From: a virus
Strand: one strand, 5' to 3'
Virus record (IMG/VR): IMGVR_UViG_3300048694_001134
Coordinates: 1-64,000 of that record
DNA length: 64,000 bases
Position numbers and translations under genes: made by a program
Shown here: positions 47,017 through 57,605 of the stretch, piece after piece
Numbering within the stretch: the first letter of the stretch is position 1
Layout: the number at the start of each line of letters is the position of its first letter
Notes under the pieces: generated by a model
Seen by the model: the letters and a program-made list of their open reading frames with translations, nothing else
Told to the model about the DNA's origin: nothing
Databases searched by the model: none

Positions 47017-48612
47017 ATGGCAAATTTCTTTGGCTTCGAGATCCGCCGCGCGGATCCGGAGAAAGAGCAGGACAAACAACCTTCCTTTGCACCAGAAGTT
47101 CATGACGATGGTGCTGTCGTTGTTGCTGCCGGTGGTGCCTATGGAACGTATATTGATTTACAAGGTGCAGCAAGAACGGAAGCGGAGCTTGTAACAAAGT
47201 ACCGTGAAATGTCCATGCACCCGGAAGTAGAACGTGCGGTAACGGACGTCCTCAATGAAGCAATTATTGTTGAAGATAAGCAAAAGATTGTTCAGATAAA
47301 TCTTGACGATGTGAAGTTGTCTTCTAATATTAAAAAGCTGATAACGACGGAATTTGAAAATATCCTCAATCTGCTGAACTTCAATAAATCTGCTTTCGAT
47401 ATTTTTAAGCGCTGGTACATCGACGGTCGTATCTACTACCATATTATTATTGATACGAGCAAACCATCTGATGGTATAAAAGAGCTTCGTTATATTGATC
47501 CTCGTAAGCTGCGTAAGATACGTGAGATTAAGCGCAAGCGTGACAAGCAAGCAAACGTGACAATGACACAAACTCACCAAGAGTATTTTGTGTACAACGA
47601 ACGTGGGTTTCAAAATAAGGCCGGCGAGATAGGCACAAACTCAGCTGTACAAGGTCTTAAGATTGCTACTGATAGTATTGTGCATGTTACTTCTGGTGTA
47701 CTTGATCCAAACAATACGGTTGTCCTTTCCTTCCTGCATCAAGCGATCAAACCTCTCAATCAATTAAGAGCGTTGGAAGATGCAACTATTGTATACCGTA
47801 TATCACGCGCGCCTGAGCGCCGTATATTCTACATTGACGTTGGCAACTTACCAAAAATGAAAGCTGAGCAGTATCTACGCGATATGATGCAACGTCATAA
47901 AAACAAGGTTGTGTATGACGCATCGACAGGCGAGGTGCGCGACGATCGTAAGTTCATGACGATGCTTGAAGATTACTGGCTACCGCGCCGTGAAGGTAGT
48001 CGTGGAACGGAGATAACAACTTTGCCAGCAGGCCAAAACCTAGGTGAGCTTGCAGACGTTGAGTATTTCCAAAAGAAACTGTACGAGTCATTGAATGTTC
48101 CTGCTACCCGTTTGCAATCGGAAGGCACATTTAATTTTGGTCAAGATTCGGAAGTATCTCGTGATGAAATGAAGTTTGTCAAATTTATTGATAGACTCCG
48201 TACTCGTTTCAACGAGTTGTTCCTTGTTGCATTAGAAAAGCAATTGATTTTGAAAAACGTCATGACAGAAGACGACTGGGAGTCAATTGCTAGTAACATT
48301 ACTTTCGACTATGCAAAAGACAACTATTTTGAACAACAAAAAATATCTATTGTATTGCGTGACAGATTGAACACGCTTATACAAATTCAACCATTTGTCG
48401 GCATGTATTATTCGAACGAATGGGTACGCAAGAATGTTCTTTATCAATCTGATGAAGAGATTGAAGAAATGGATGAGCAATCCGTGAGCGAGCAAGAAAA
48501 CCCTCTATACCAGCAACAAGCCGCTGGTGAAGGAAATGCACCGCAAGATCAAGCGCCAGGTGGACCTCAAGGTGGTGTTAGTTCTGTTGCACCGGGTGAA
48601 CAGAATAACTAA
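47017..48612 (+). CDS. gp20: Portal protein gp20
   Basis: WYIDGR, YRISRAPERRIFYIDVGNLPK.KAEQYL, EDYWLPRREG.RGTEITTLP. Confidence 0.96.
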   Translation: MANFFGFEIRRADPEKEQDKQPSFAPEVHDDGAVVVAAGGAYGTYIDLQGAARTEAELVTKYREMSMHPEVERAVTDVLNEAIIVEDKQKIVQINLDDVKLSSNIKKLITTEFENILNLLNFNKSAFDIFKRWYIDGRIYYHIIIDTSKPSDGIKELRYIDPRKLRKIREIKRKRDKQANVTMTQTHQEYFVYNERGFQNKAGEIGTNSAVQGLKIATDSIVHVTSGVLDPNNTVVLSFLHQAIKPLNQLRALEDATIVYRISRAPERRIFYIDVGNLPKMKAEQYLRDMMQRHKNKVVYDASTGEVRDDRKFMTMLEDYWLPRREGSRGTEITTLPAGQNLGELADVEYFQKKLYESLNVPATRLQSEGTFNFGQDSEVSRDEMKFVKFIDRLRTRFNELFLVALEKQLILKNVMTEDDWESIASNITFDYAKDNYFEQQKISIVLRDRLNTLIQIQPFVGMYYSNEWVRKNVLYQSDEEIEEMDEQSVSEQENPLYQQQAAGEGNAPQDQAPGGPQGGVSSVAPGEQNN

Positions 48613-48630
48613 ATAAAATGGAGAAAAAAG

Positions 48631-48876
48631 ATGAGTGAAAAACAATTTACTATTGCTGACATGATTAACGCTGCACGTGCGGAAAGTCCAAGCGAATTTG
48701 AAACAGCATTTAACTCAATGATTGTTGATCGAGTGGCAGACGTTGTTGATGTAGCAAAAGAAGTTATTGCTCGAGATTACTTTAATGCTGATGAGGAGCA
48801 ATCATCAGAAGAAGAAAAAGAGGAAACCCCTGATGAAAACATTGAAGCAGATATTGGAAGCGGCGAAGAAGCCTGA
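48631..48876 (+). CDS. Small acidic prohead core protein (gp67-like)
   Basis: Directly after the portal; Glu/Asp-rich C-terminus. Confidence 0.55.
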   Translation: MSEKQFTIADMINAARAESPSEFETAFNSMIVDRVADVVDVAKEVIARDYFNADEEQSSEEEKEETPDENIEADIGSGEEA

Positions 48877-49702
48877 AGTTCCACAACCATCAGCTCCTAT
48901 TGAGCCTGACTCTATTACTGCGTTTGTTCCTAAAACAAAAGATGAAAAGCGCTTTATGGACAAGCACGTAGTCCAAAAAAAGGATGACGCGAATGGTAAC
49001 GGTGATGATGTTTTTAGAGCATCAAATATTAATTACAGCGACCGTACACCAACACGTCATGGATACAATGCTGGTGAAGATCAAAAAGTGTATGAGGAAA
49101 AGAACGTGAAAACTTTAGCACAGGTTCTAGGTGAAAAGCATTTGACCCCAGCGGAAAAAAAGAAGCGTGAAGATATTGCTCAGGGAATTGAAAAGTCGAG
49201 CCCAGGTATGTCAATGGGCAAGAAAATGGCAATTGCTACTGCAAAAGCAAAACAAGTCGCTGAAGAAGTTGAAGATTTGGATGAAGCAGTACGTCACGAA
49301 CAATACGCAACATACCATGCAGGTGTTAAGGATATGTTGAAGAAGATTGGTGAGCATGTTGACGGCCACAAAGAAGCAGCAATGTCACCAACGGAATATA
49401 ATAAAGAAAAGGGTGCAAGCATGCACTCTGGCCACGTGTATGCAATGAAGAACCTTCATCGCACACTTCAAGACATGCATGATGACCTGCAGCAAGCAGT
49501 TGAATATGCTAAGCCACCGAAGCCTATCAAAATGAAAGAAGAGCTCGATCTTTTTGCTTGCTTCAGTGAAGAAACAAAAAAACAAGTCGAGCAAGTATTT
49601 GAGCAGCTTGATGATGATAACAAACAAATCATTATTGAAATGATTGAAGCAGAAGATTACGACACAGTTGTTGAAGTTGTTCAGGAGGTGCTAAATGCCT
49701 GA
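48833..49702 (+). CDS. Probable prohead core / internal head protein
   Basis: Start MKTLKQILE (48833) after GAGG; highly charged, with EEVEDLDEA-type motifs; between portal and protease. Confidence 0.55.
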   Translation: MKTLKQILEAAKKPEVPQPSAPIEPDSITAFVPKTKDEKRFMDKHVVQKKDDANGNGDDVFRASNINYSDRTPTRHGYNAGEDQKVYEEKNVKTLAQVLGEKHLTPAEKKKREDIAQGIEKSSPGMSMGKKMAIATAKAKQVAEEVEDLDEAVRHEQYATYHAGVKDMLKKIGEHVDGHKEAAMSPTEYNKEKGASMHSGHVYAMKNLHRTLQDMHDDLQQAVEYAKPPKPIKMKEELDLFACFSEETKKQVEQVFEQLDDDNKQIIIEMIEAEDYDTVVEVVQEVLNA

Positions 49703-49961
49703 TGTAATCAAACTTAAAGGACCTACTGTCACTCTTACAACAACAGCAAACGCTGTCGGTAATGCGACTATTGTTCGTATTGTTCATAGCAGTGCTGGTA
49801 ACGCGGATCGTATTCTAACTCAATCATATGCAAATGGTACGGCAATTGCAAATACATACCTTCTTGCCGGCGAGACGTTGTATCTTTTGAAAGGTACAAC
49901 AGATACGCTAAAGACTGATAACGGTACAGACGTTTTTGCAACACCGGTTGCTTACAGTTAA
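49695..49961 (+). CDS. Small hypothetical head-module protein
   Basis: 88 aa beta-rich ORF with an AGGAGG RBS, upstream of gp21. Confidence 0.6.
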   Translation: MPDVIKLKGPTVTLTTTANAVGNATIVRIVHSSAGNADRILTQSYANGTAIANTYLLAGETLYLLKGTTDTLKTDNGTDVFATPVAYS

Positions 49962-49969
49962 GGACTAAC

Positions 49970-50629
49970 ATGAAGCTGATCACGGAATTAAACGAAGAAG
50001 TTAAGTATTTGATCGAAGAGCGCGAAGGCAAGAAGCACGTATACGTGGAAGGTGTTATTATGCAAGGCAACATTGTTAACCGCAATGGTCGCATGTATGG
50101 AATTAATATCTTGGAAAAAGAAATGGGCCGCTACAACGAGCAGTACGTTTCGAAGAACCGCGCGTATGGTGAGCTTGGTCATCCATCTGGTCCGACTATC
50201 AACCTTGAGCGTGCATGTATCATGTTTAAGAAGTTGTATCGTGAAGATAATAACATTCTTGGCCGTGCAAAGGTTCTCGATACTCCAATGGGTAACATTG
50301 TCAAGGGATTAATTAGTGAAGGCGCTTCGCTGGGTATTTCATCTCGTGGCATGGGCAGTATAAAAGAAACAAAAGACGGTATCATGGAAGTACAAGATGA
50401 CTTCTTCCTTGCAACGGCAGGTGATATTGTTGCGGACCCTTCAGCTCCGGATGCTTTTGTGCGAGGAATTATGGAAGGTGTTGAGTGGGTTTGGGATAAC
50501 GGTCTTCTCAAAGCCCAGAGACTAGAACAATTCAAGGAACAAATTAATCGTGGCGCTCGTCAGAGAATATCTGAGGAGACAGCAATTAATGTATTTAAAC
50601 AGTTCCTCTCTGACCTTTCGAAAAGTTAA
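49970..50629 (+). CDS. gp21: Prohead protease gp21
   Basis: NRNGRMY, AYGELGHP, LGISSRGMGS, DIVADPSAPDAFV. Confidence 0.96.
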   Translation: MKLITELNEEVKYLIEEREGKKHVYVEGVIMQGNIVNRNGRMYGINILEKEMGRYNEQYVSKNRAYGELGHPSGPTINLERACIMFKKLYREDNNILGRAKVLDTPMGNIVKGLISEGASLGISSRGMGSIKETKDGIMEVQDDFFLATAGDIVADPSAPDAFVRGIMEGVEWVWDNGLLKAQRLEQFKEQINRGARQRISEETAINVFKQFLSDLSKS

Positions 50630-50632
50630 TTT

Positions 50633-50640
50633 TATAAATA
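50633..50640 (+). promoter_or_regulatory. T4-type late promoter TATAAATA upstream of gp22
   Basis: Exact consensus followed by an AAGGAG RBS. Confidence 0.8.
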
Positions 50641-50664
50641 AATAAAAATCATAAGGAGCTTTAA

Positions 50665-51690
50665 ATGACTGTTAACAAAAAACAATTGGAAGAAAAGGTC
50701 CAAACCGGCGGAGGCGCTACTGGTGTTTCACACACAGCTGATCCTGTCGACAAGAAGGCTACTCTTCCTGCTTCCAATCTTGGCAACGGCGAGTCAATGA
50801 ATACTATTGCTCACATCCAGCCAGGCGAAGGTGAGCAAGATACAGATACGGAAAACAACGTTAAGACAACAAAAGACGCAGCAGGTTCAAACAAGGCCTC
50901 TGTTGCTATGAAGGGCAGCGATGCAACTCCTGGCCAGTCTTACAGTTTTGTTCCTAACAGTGTTAAGGAAGACATCGACGCTATGTTCAATGGTAGCGAG
51001 CTGTCAGAAGACTTCAAAGAAAAAGCAACAACAATTTTTGAAGCAGCTGTTGTCGCTAAAGTAAATGAAGCTGTTACAGATTTGGAAGAGCAGTACAATA
51101 CCGCTCTTGCAGAGGAAGTTGCTCGTATTGAAGACGAGATTACAAACAAAATTGATCAGTACATGGATTATGTTGCTGAACAATGGCTTGAGCAAAACCA
51201 GGTTGCTGTCGAAGCATCTCTAAGAACAGAAATTACAGAGAGTTTTATTAACGATCTGAAGTCTCTATTTGAACAACACAACATTAACGTCCCAGAAGAC
51301 AAATTCGAAGTCGTTGAAGAGTTGAGAGATGAAGTAGCATCCGTTCAAGCACGCTTGGATCAAGTCATGGAAGAAAACATGGCTCTGAAGAACGACTTGA
51401 ACGAAGCAGCACGCACGCAAATTCTTGCAGATGTTGCTGAAGGTCTTGCCGCTACTCAAGCAGAAAAGCTGACTGCTCTTGCAGAAGGTGTCGAGTTTGA
51501 TACAGCTGAAAGCTATCGTAAGAAGTTGGAAATTGTCAAAGAGAACTATTTCCCTTCTGAGAAGCCTGTTGCTGGTGCTAAAGCTCTCATGGAACAAGTG
51601 GAAGAAAGCAGCGAACAACCAGCTTCGGCTCCTGCCAATAGCATTGTGTCACAATACGCAAAAGCTATTTCCAGAACGGTTAAAAAATAA
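50665..51690 (+). CDS. gp22: Prohead scaffold protein gp22
   Basis: LSEDFKEKATTIFEAAV, Y.DYVAEQWL..N, KL..LAEGVEF; between gp21 and gp23. Confidence 0.92.
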   Translation: MTVNKKQLEEKVQTGGGATGVSHTADPVDKKATLPASNLGNGESMNTIAHIQPGEGEQDTDTENNVKTTKDAAGSNKASVAMKGSDATPGQSYSFVPNSVKEDIDAMFNGSELSEDFKEKATTIFEAAVVAKVNEAVTDLEEQYNTALAEEVARIEDEITNKIDQYMDYVAEQWLEQNQVAVEASLRTEITESFINDLKSLFEQHNINVPEDKFEVVEELRDEVASVQARLDQVMEENMALKNDLNEAARTQILADVAEGLAATQAEKLTALAEGVEFDTAESYRKKLEIVKENYFPSEKPVAGAKALMEQVEESSEQPASAPANSIVSQYAKAISRTVKK

Positions 51691-51695
51691 TTCTT

Positions 51696-51703
51696 TATAA
51701 ATA
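51696..51703 (+). promoter_or_regulatory. T4-type late promoter TATAAATA upstream of gp23
   Basis: Exact consensus in the intergenic gap. Confidence 0.8.
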
Positions 51704-51744
51704 AAAATATCCAACTTAACTACAACAAGAAGGGGAAGAAGAAA

Positions 51745-53094
51745 ATGTACCTTAATGAAGAAATTCAACAAAAGTGGGCTCCTGTATTGAACCACGACGA
51801 TCTTCCAAAGATCGAAAGTGCTCACAAGCGTAGCGTCGTCGCTACTTTGCTTGAGAATACAGAAAAAGCTCTGATGGAAGCTTCCGGCCAAGCTCCTGGC
51901 AGCCAGATGCTTACCGAGTCGCCAATTCCTGTCAACAACGGTGTTGCAGGTGGTGCAGGTAACGTTGCAACTTTCGATCCTGTGCTTATCAGCCTGGTTC
52001 GTCGTGCAATGCCTAACCTGATCGCTTACGACATTTGCGGCGTTCAGCCAATGACTGGTCCTACCGGTCTGATTTTCGCAATGCGTTCACAATACGCTAA
52101 TACCACAGCAATGACTGGTGAGAACTTCTACAACGAAGTTAACACAGCATACAGCTCTGTTACCTCTGGTGCAAACACCCTTGGTCAGAAGCATGTTGGT
52201 GGTGTTCCTGGTTCAACAAGCCAAACTTCTAACCTCGCTTCTAGCGGCGTTTACAACTTTGGTTCTGGTATGTCTACAGCACAGGCAGAAGCTCTGGGTA
52301 CTACAAGCAATACTGCATTCCCACAAATGGGTTTCAGCATTGACAAAGTTACCGTCACTGCTAAGAGCCGTGCACTGAAGGCTGAGTACACAATGGAACT
52401 CGCACAAGATCTGAAGGCAATTCACGGTCTTGATGCTGAGACAGAACTCAGCAACATTCTGACCGGTGAAATCCTTGCTGAAATTAACCGCGAAGTTGTT
52501 CGCACAATTAACGTAACTGCAACCCAAGGTGCTTCTTCTGGTACCACAACCGCTGGTGTGTTTGACCTTGACGTCGACGCTAACGGCCGTTGGTCTGTTG
52601 AGAAGTTCAAGGGTCTGATGTTCCAAATCGAACGTGAAGCCAACGCTATTGCTAAGGCAACCCGTCGCGGTAAGGGTAACATCATCATCTGCTCAAGCGA
52701 TGTTGCATCCGCTCTGCAGATGGCTGGTGTCCTTGATTACACTCCTGCTCTGAACAGCAACAACCTCCAGATCGATGACACAGGCAACACGTTTGCTGGT
52801 GTTCTGAACGGTCGTATGAAGGTTTACATCGATCCATATGCAACTGGCAACTACATGACCATTGGTTATAAAGGTTCGTCTGCATTTGACGCTGGTCTGT
52901 TCTACTGCCCATACGTTCCTCTGCAAATGGTTCGTGCTGTTGATCAAGACAGCTTCGCACCTAAGATTGGTTTCAAGACCCGCTATGGCATGGTTGCAAA
53001 CCCATTCGCAGAAGGTCTGACACTAGGCGCTGGTGCTCTGACAAAAGACAGCAACGTCTACTATCGCCGTATCATCGTCGAAAACTTGCTGTAA
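51745..53094 (+). CDS. gp23: Major capsid protein gp23
   Basis: KWAPVL, LVRRAMPNLIAYDICGVQPMTGPTGLIFAMR, ELAQDLKAIHGLDAE, FYCPYVPL, IGFKTRYG. Confidence 0.98.
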   Translation: MYLNEEIQQKWAPVLNHDDLPKIESAHKRSVVATLLENTEKALMEASGQAPGSQMLTESPIPVNNGVAGGAGNVATFDPVLISLVRRAMPNLIAYDICGVQPMTGPTGLIFAMRSQYANTTAMTGENFYNEVNTAYSSVTSGANTLGQKHVGGVPGSTSQTSNLASSGVYNFGSGMSTAQAEALGTTSNTAFPQMGFSIDKVTVTAKSRALKAEYTMELAQDLKAIHGLDAETELSNILTGEILAEINREVVRTINVTATQGASSGTTTAGVFDLDVDANGRWSVEKFKGLMFQIEREANAIAKATRRGKGNIIICSSDVASALQMAGVLDYTPALNSNNLQIDDTGNTFAGVLNGRMKVYIDPYATGNYMTIGYKGSSAFDAGLFYCPYVPLQMVRAVDQDSFAPKIGFKTRYGMVANPFAEGLTLGAGALTKDSNVYYRRIIVENLL

Positions 53095-53130
53095 TATTAC
53101 AATTACAACAGACAGCATTACGATGCTTCA

Positions 53131-53156
53131 AAGGGGATCTTCGGATCCCCTTTTTT
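53131..53156 (+). terminator. Rho-independent terminator after gp23 with a C(UUCG)G tetraloop
   Basis: GGGGATC-TTCG-GATCCCC followed by TTTTTT. Confidence 0.92.
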
Positions 53157-53186
53157 ATTGGATAAATAGAACAGTGAGGACATAAC

Positions 53187-53711
53187 ATGAGCGCTATCGA
53201 CAATCAACCATCCAATCCATCGTTTCTTTCACCACTTGGATATTCTTTACAGATAAAGAAGTGTCCTGGTGTTAACTTCTTTGTTCAAGAGGTAGCAATC
53301 CCTAGCGTTGCGTTGGGAACGGCCGATGCGGAGACCCCGTTCACAAAGATTCCGTTTCCAGGTACACGGCTGACATTTGGTAACTTACAAGTTACGTTCA
53401 AGGTCGATGAGGACATGAAGAACTATCTTGAGATCTACTCGTGGCTCAGAGCAATTGGCTTTCCGGATAATTTTGCACAATATAGTAACATAGCAGGAGC
53501 AAACATTACTTCCGGTGATGGGGTGTTTTCTGATATCTCGTTACTTGTGACAACGAGTGCAAAGAACCCAAACATGCTCGTTACATTCTATGATTGCTTC
53601 CCTGTTGACCTTTCAGAATTAAAGTTTGATAGTACATCTGCTGATGTGGAATACTTAACAGCCACAGTGGCTTTTGCAAACCGTCGTTTTGATATACAGC
53701 AGATAATTTGA
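53187..53711 (+). CDS. gp3: Tail completion / tube terminator protein gp3
   Basis: FLSP.GY, FFVQ...IP, L.VTFKVDEDMKNYLEIYSW, F.DCFPVDLS. Confidence 0.88.
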   Translation: MSAIDNQPSNPSFLSPLGYSLQIKKCPGVNFFVQEVAIPSVALGTADAETPFTKIPFPGTRLTFGNLQVTFKVDEDMKNYLEIYSWLRAIGFPDNFAQYSNIAGANITSGDGVFSDISLLVTTSAKNPNMLVTFYDCFPVDLSELKFDSTSADVEYLTATVAFANRRFDIQQII

Positions 53712-53715
53712 TATA

Positions 53716-54150
53716 ATGAAATTTGATGATATTATGGATCTGTGGCAGCAAGATGCTAACATGGATAACAGTGAGCTTGGTGAAGAAAGTTTAAAGATTC
53801 CTCTCCTCCATCACAAGTATTATAAGATGCTTGTCAATGAAGGTCTAATGTTAAAAAAGTACGAGCAAGATTACAAAGCTCTGTACAGAATTAAGTTTGA
53901 ATACTATATGGGCGTTCTAGATGAAGATACGCTACGGGAACGTCAATGGGAGCCGTTTCAACTCAAGGTGTTGAAACAAGACCTAAGTACCTATATCGAT
54001 AGCGACATCGACATGCAAGCTATTCAAGCAAAGATGGATATCCAGAAACAAAAGATCTCGTTTTTGGAATCAGTGGTAAAGATAATATCTAACAGAGGCT
54101 TCCTAATTAAGAATGCAATTGATTGGGAGCGGTTCAAGGTAGGTGGATGA
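53716..54150 (+). CDS. uvsY: Recombination mediator UvsY
   Basis: ESLKIP.LH.KY, EYY.G, I.NRGF.IKNAIDW.RF..G. Confidence 0.9.
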   Translation: MKFDDIMDLWQQDANMDNSELGEESLKIPLLHHKYYKMLVNEGLMLKKYEQDYKALYRIKFEYYMGVLDEDTLRERQWEPFQLKVLKQDLSTYIDSDIDMQAIQAKMDIQKQKISFLESVVKIISNRGFLIKNAIDWERFKVGG

Positions 54151-55622
54151 GTGAAATAATACGTGTAACGAAGTTCAATGACGTTCACATAAAATTACAT
54201 TGTGATGCAAGTGTAGCATACGAACTAAACGAGTACTTTACATTTTCTGTTCCAGGTGCTCGCTTTTCTCCCGCGTTTAAAAATAAGATGTGGGATGGTA
54301 AGATTCGTTTGTTCCATTTGATGCGTCAAACGTTATACGTTGGCCTACTTGAAAAAGTTAAACAGTTTGCAAACGATAGAGGATATCAAATCACTTATGA
54401 TGATCTATCAGATTTTGGAGATAACGTATTCCCTTTAGCTGCAGCACAGCAGCATGTCGCAGAATCAGAGTTATCAATAACACCACGTGATTATCAATAT
54501 GAAGCATTTCTTCACGCAATACGAAAGAAGCGTGCTGTCCTTCTATCTCCAACTGCGTCGGGTAAATCGCTAATTATTTTTCTTATTACGTCTTACCTTA
54601 TTGCAAAGAAAGTATTGATCATTGTACCGACCACAGGTCTTGTACATCAAATGGCAAGCGACTTTGAAGATTATGGTTGCCCTCCGGATATTATACATAA
54701 GATTTTTTCCGGTCAAGAAAAAGCAACAAACGCCTTCATAACTATTACGACATGGCAAAGCATATACAAATTACCAGCTAAGTGGTTTGATCAATACGGC
54801 TGCGTGATTGGAGACGAGGCACACACGTTCAAAGCTAAATGTCTTGTCGACATTATGGAGAAATTAACAAAGTGTGAATACAAGTATGGGTTCACTGGTA
54901 CGCTTGATGGGACGCAAACAAACAAACTCGTGCTCGAGGGACTGTTCGGTCCGGTAAAAGTAGTCACTACCACAGCGGAGCTAATGGAGCAAAAAACAGT
55001 TGCACAAATGACAATAAAGGCAATTGTTCTCTCGTACCCGGATCAAACGAGACAGTCGTTTGCAAACCGTAAGCCAAAAATGACTTACAAAGAAGAGCTC
55101 TTATATTTGTTGCAAAAGAAAAGTCGCAGCAACTTTATTGCTGGCCTTGTTTCTTCGCTGCCAAATAACACTTTACTGTTGTTTAATAACATTGATCATG
55201 GTAAAATGCTAATGCAGTTAATTCAGTCGAAAGATCCTTCCCGCAAAGTGTTTTTTGTTTATGGTGGGGTCGAGGGGTTGGAGCGTGAGCAAATACGAAA
55301 GTATGTTGAAGAGAATAAAAACGTTATTGTCGTTGCTTCGTACAAAACATTTGCTACTGGTACGAATATAAAGAACCTACATAATGTTGTTTTTGGTAGT
55401 CCTAGTAAATCACGTATACGTGTACTGCAATCGATAGGTCGCGGTCTGCGGACAAGCAGCGAAAAGTCAGAAGCTATGTTATATGATGTTGCTGATGATT
55501 TGTCGTGGAAGTCATATCAGAACCATACGATCAAACATTTTTCTGAGCGTATTCAAATGTACAATCAGGAAAAATTTGATTATAAGATCTTTACTGTTCA
55601 ACTGAAAGAGAGCGGCACATGA
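54147..55622 (+). CDS. uvsW: DNA helicase UvsW
   Basis: WDGKIRLF, SPTASGKS, DEAH, GFTGT, QSIGRGLR. Start MSEIIR (54147). Confidence 0.94.
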   Translation: MSEIIRVTKFNDVHIKLHCDASVAYELNEYFTFSVPGARFSPAFKNKMWDGKIRLFHLMRQTLYVGLLEKVKQFANDRGYQITYDDLSDFGDNVFPLAAAQQHVAESELSITPRDYQYEAFLHAIRKKRAVLLSPTASGKSLIIFLITSYLIAKKVLIIVPTTGLVHQMASDFEDYGCPPDIIHKIFSGQEKATNAFITITTWQSIYKLPAKWFDQYGCVIGDEAHTFKAKCLVDIMEKLTKCEYKYGFTGTLDGTQTNKLVLEGLFGPVKVVTTTAELMEQKTVAQMTIKAIVLSYPDQTRQSFANRKPKMTYKEELLYLLQKKSRSNFIAGLVSSLPNNTLLLFNNIDHGKMLMQLIQSKDPSRKVFFVYGGVEGLEREQIRKYVEENKNVIVVASYKTFATGTNIKNLHNVVFGSPSKSRIRVLQSIGRGLRTSSEKSEAMLYDVADDLSWKSYQNHTIKHFSERIQMYNQEKFDYKIFTVQLKESGT

Positions 55623-56011
55623 TAGTAATACTCAAACTAACAAATACGCAAGAAGTCGTCGGAGAACTAATTGATAGTTCGCCAACGGTTGTTCATCTCA
55701 AACGTCCTCTTCTAATCAATTATAGATATTACATAGCAGGTACACCTTCCGTTTCGTTTGCTCGTTACGCAATGTTTTCCGCTAATGAACAGATGTCTTT
55801 TCAAAGACAACACATTCTTAACGAGATTGAAGCACGCTCGAGTTTCGTAAATGTATATGAGCGCCAAGCGGATTACTTTTTTACTGAACATGAAAAGGGT
55901 ATAGATGCGGAGCTGGATTCGTTTGCTGAACGGGGCAACGAGCAGCAGGATACAGATCAATTGAAAAAACTTTTGGAGATGATGCCAGTTGATGGCGCAC
56001 AAGTGAACTAA
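55619..56011 (+). CDS. Hypothetical protein (Sm-like N-terminus)
   Basis: ILKLTNTQEVVGE...LKRP pattern; coupled between uvsW and gp55. Confidence 0.6.
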   Translation: MIVILKLTNTQEVVGELIDSSPTVVHLKRPLLINYRYYIAGTPSVSFARYAMFSANEQMSFQRQHILNEIEARSSFVNVYERQADYFFTEHEKGIDAELDSFAERGNEQQDTDQLKKLLEMMPVDGAQVN

Positions 56012-56547
56012 TGGCTACACACTACGTTGATAACAAACAGCTCTACGCTGTCATAATTGATTATAAGACTCGAGTCGCACAAGCAGAAGCAACTAATACA
56101 GCACCACCGCAGATACCCAATTACGTGGGTGAATGTATTTTACAGATTGCAAAGCGTCTTTCTACAAAACCAAACTTTATTAACTACTCCTATCGAGAGG
56201 AAATGATCAGTGACGGGATTGAAAATTGTGTTTCTTATTTTGATAATTTTGATCCTAGTAAAAGTGATAACCCATTTGCGTACTTTACACAGATCATTTA
56301 CTACGCCTTCCTTAGACGTATCCAAAAGGAAAAGAAACAAGTATATGTGAAGCATAAACTATCTGAGCATAGTATGCTGTTCAATGAACTAGTTGAACTA
56401 AGTGATGATCCTGACTTCAACTTTAGCCCAACTGATTTCGATAGCGAGAATGTTTCTGATTTCATCAAAGCGTTTGAAGAAAACATTAACAAGAAAAAGA
56501 TTAAGCGAAAGAAGGGACTCGATGCATTTCTTGAGGAGGAACAATAA
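56011..56547 (+). CDS. gp55: Late-transcription sigma factor gp55
   Basis: HYVDNK, KPNFINYSYREEMISDGIENC, NPFAYFTQIIYYAFLRRIQKEKKQ. Confidence 0.95.
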   Translation: MATHYVDNKQLYAVIIDYKTRVAQAEATNTAPPQIPNYVGECILQIAKRLSTKPNFINYSYREEMISDGIENCVSYFDNFDPSKSDNPFAYFTQIIYYAFLRRIQKEKKQVYVKHKLSEHSMLFNELVELSDDPDFNFSPTDFDSENVSDFIKAFEENINKKKIKRKKGLDAFLEEEQ

Positions 56548-57605
56548 TGAAAGTTGCGCTTCTTGGCGATACGCATATTGGTGCTCGTAACGACAGCCCA
56601 TCGTTCCACAAACACTTTGCAAAGTTTTATAATGAAGTATTCTTTCCCTATCTTGAACAACACAACATCTTACACGTGGTTCAACTTGGTGATGTATTTG
56701 ACCGACGCAAATACATTAACTTTAACTCGTTGAAACAAAGTCGTGAATATCTGTTTGATCGGCTCAACAAGGACTATCAGACGTGGATGCTCGTTGGTAA
56801 TCACGACACGTATTTCAAAGACACAAATAATGTCAACTCGCTAGAGTTGCTACTTGATGGATACTATAACATAACACCGGTGCATCATTGCATGGATGTG
56901 ATGTTTGAGGATGTTCCCTTCTTGCTTGTTCCTTGGTGGTGTCAGGATAACAATCAACATATAACCGATACACTAACACAGACGAGCGCAACTCATGTGA
57001 TAGGACATTTTGAAATCGACGGATTCGAGATGTACAAAGGATCCGTACATCAAGGTGGTACAACAAAGAAGCTGTTTGAAAACTTTGAAGCGGTGTACTC
57101 AGGCCACTTCCATCACCGTTCATCTCATGGAAACATTCACTATCTTGGTACGCCATATGAAATGACGTGGTCAGATTATGATGACCAAAAAGGATTTCAT
57201 GTTTTTGATACAGACACAAGAGAGCTCACATTTATACCAAATCCTTCCTCGATCTTCCACAAGATACACTATGATGATACTGATCGTCAAATAAGTGATG
57301 TTGTCAACATTGATTTTAGTAAGTACAATGAGACTTTTGTAAAGTTGATTGTGCGGAACAAAACTAATCCATACTGCTTTGATATGTTTGTTGATAAGTT
57401 AGAGAAAGCGGGCGTGTACAATGTACAGGTTGTTGATGATCATTTTCATATGGATACTATTGATGATAGTGACATCACAAGCGATGCAGAGGACACTCTC
57501 ACAATCCTTACAAAATTTGTGAATCAGATTGATTCACCTGTCGATAAGAAGCAACTAGAGTCGCTAATGATTACTCTATACAATGAAGCATTATCCGTTG
57601 AATGA
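56547..57605 (+). CDS. gp47: Recombination nuclease gp47 (Mre11/SbcD-like)
   Basis: GDTHIG, LGDVFDRRK, GNHD, SGHFH metallophosphoesterase motifs. Confidence 0.94.
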   Translation: MKVALLGDTHIGARNDSPSFHKHFAKFYNEVFFPYLEQHNILHVVQLGDVFDRRKYINFNSLKQSREYLFDRLNKDYQTWMLVGNHDTYFKDTNNVNSLELLLDGYYNITPVHHCMDVMFEDVPFLLVPWWCQDNNQHITDTLTQTSATHVIGHFEIDGFEMYKGSVHQGGTTKKLFENFEAVYSGHFHHRSSHGNIHYLGTPYEMTWSDYDDQKGFHVFDTDTRELTFIPNPSSIFHKIHYDDTDRQISDVVNIDFSKYNETFVKLIVRNKTNPYCFDMFVDKLEKAGVYNVQVVDDHFHMDTIDDSDITSDAEDTLTILTKFVNQIDSPVDKKQLESLMITLYNEALSVE

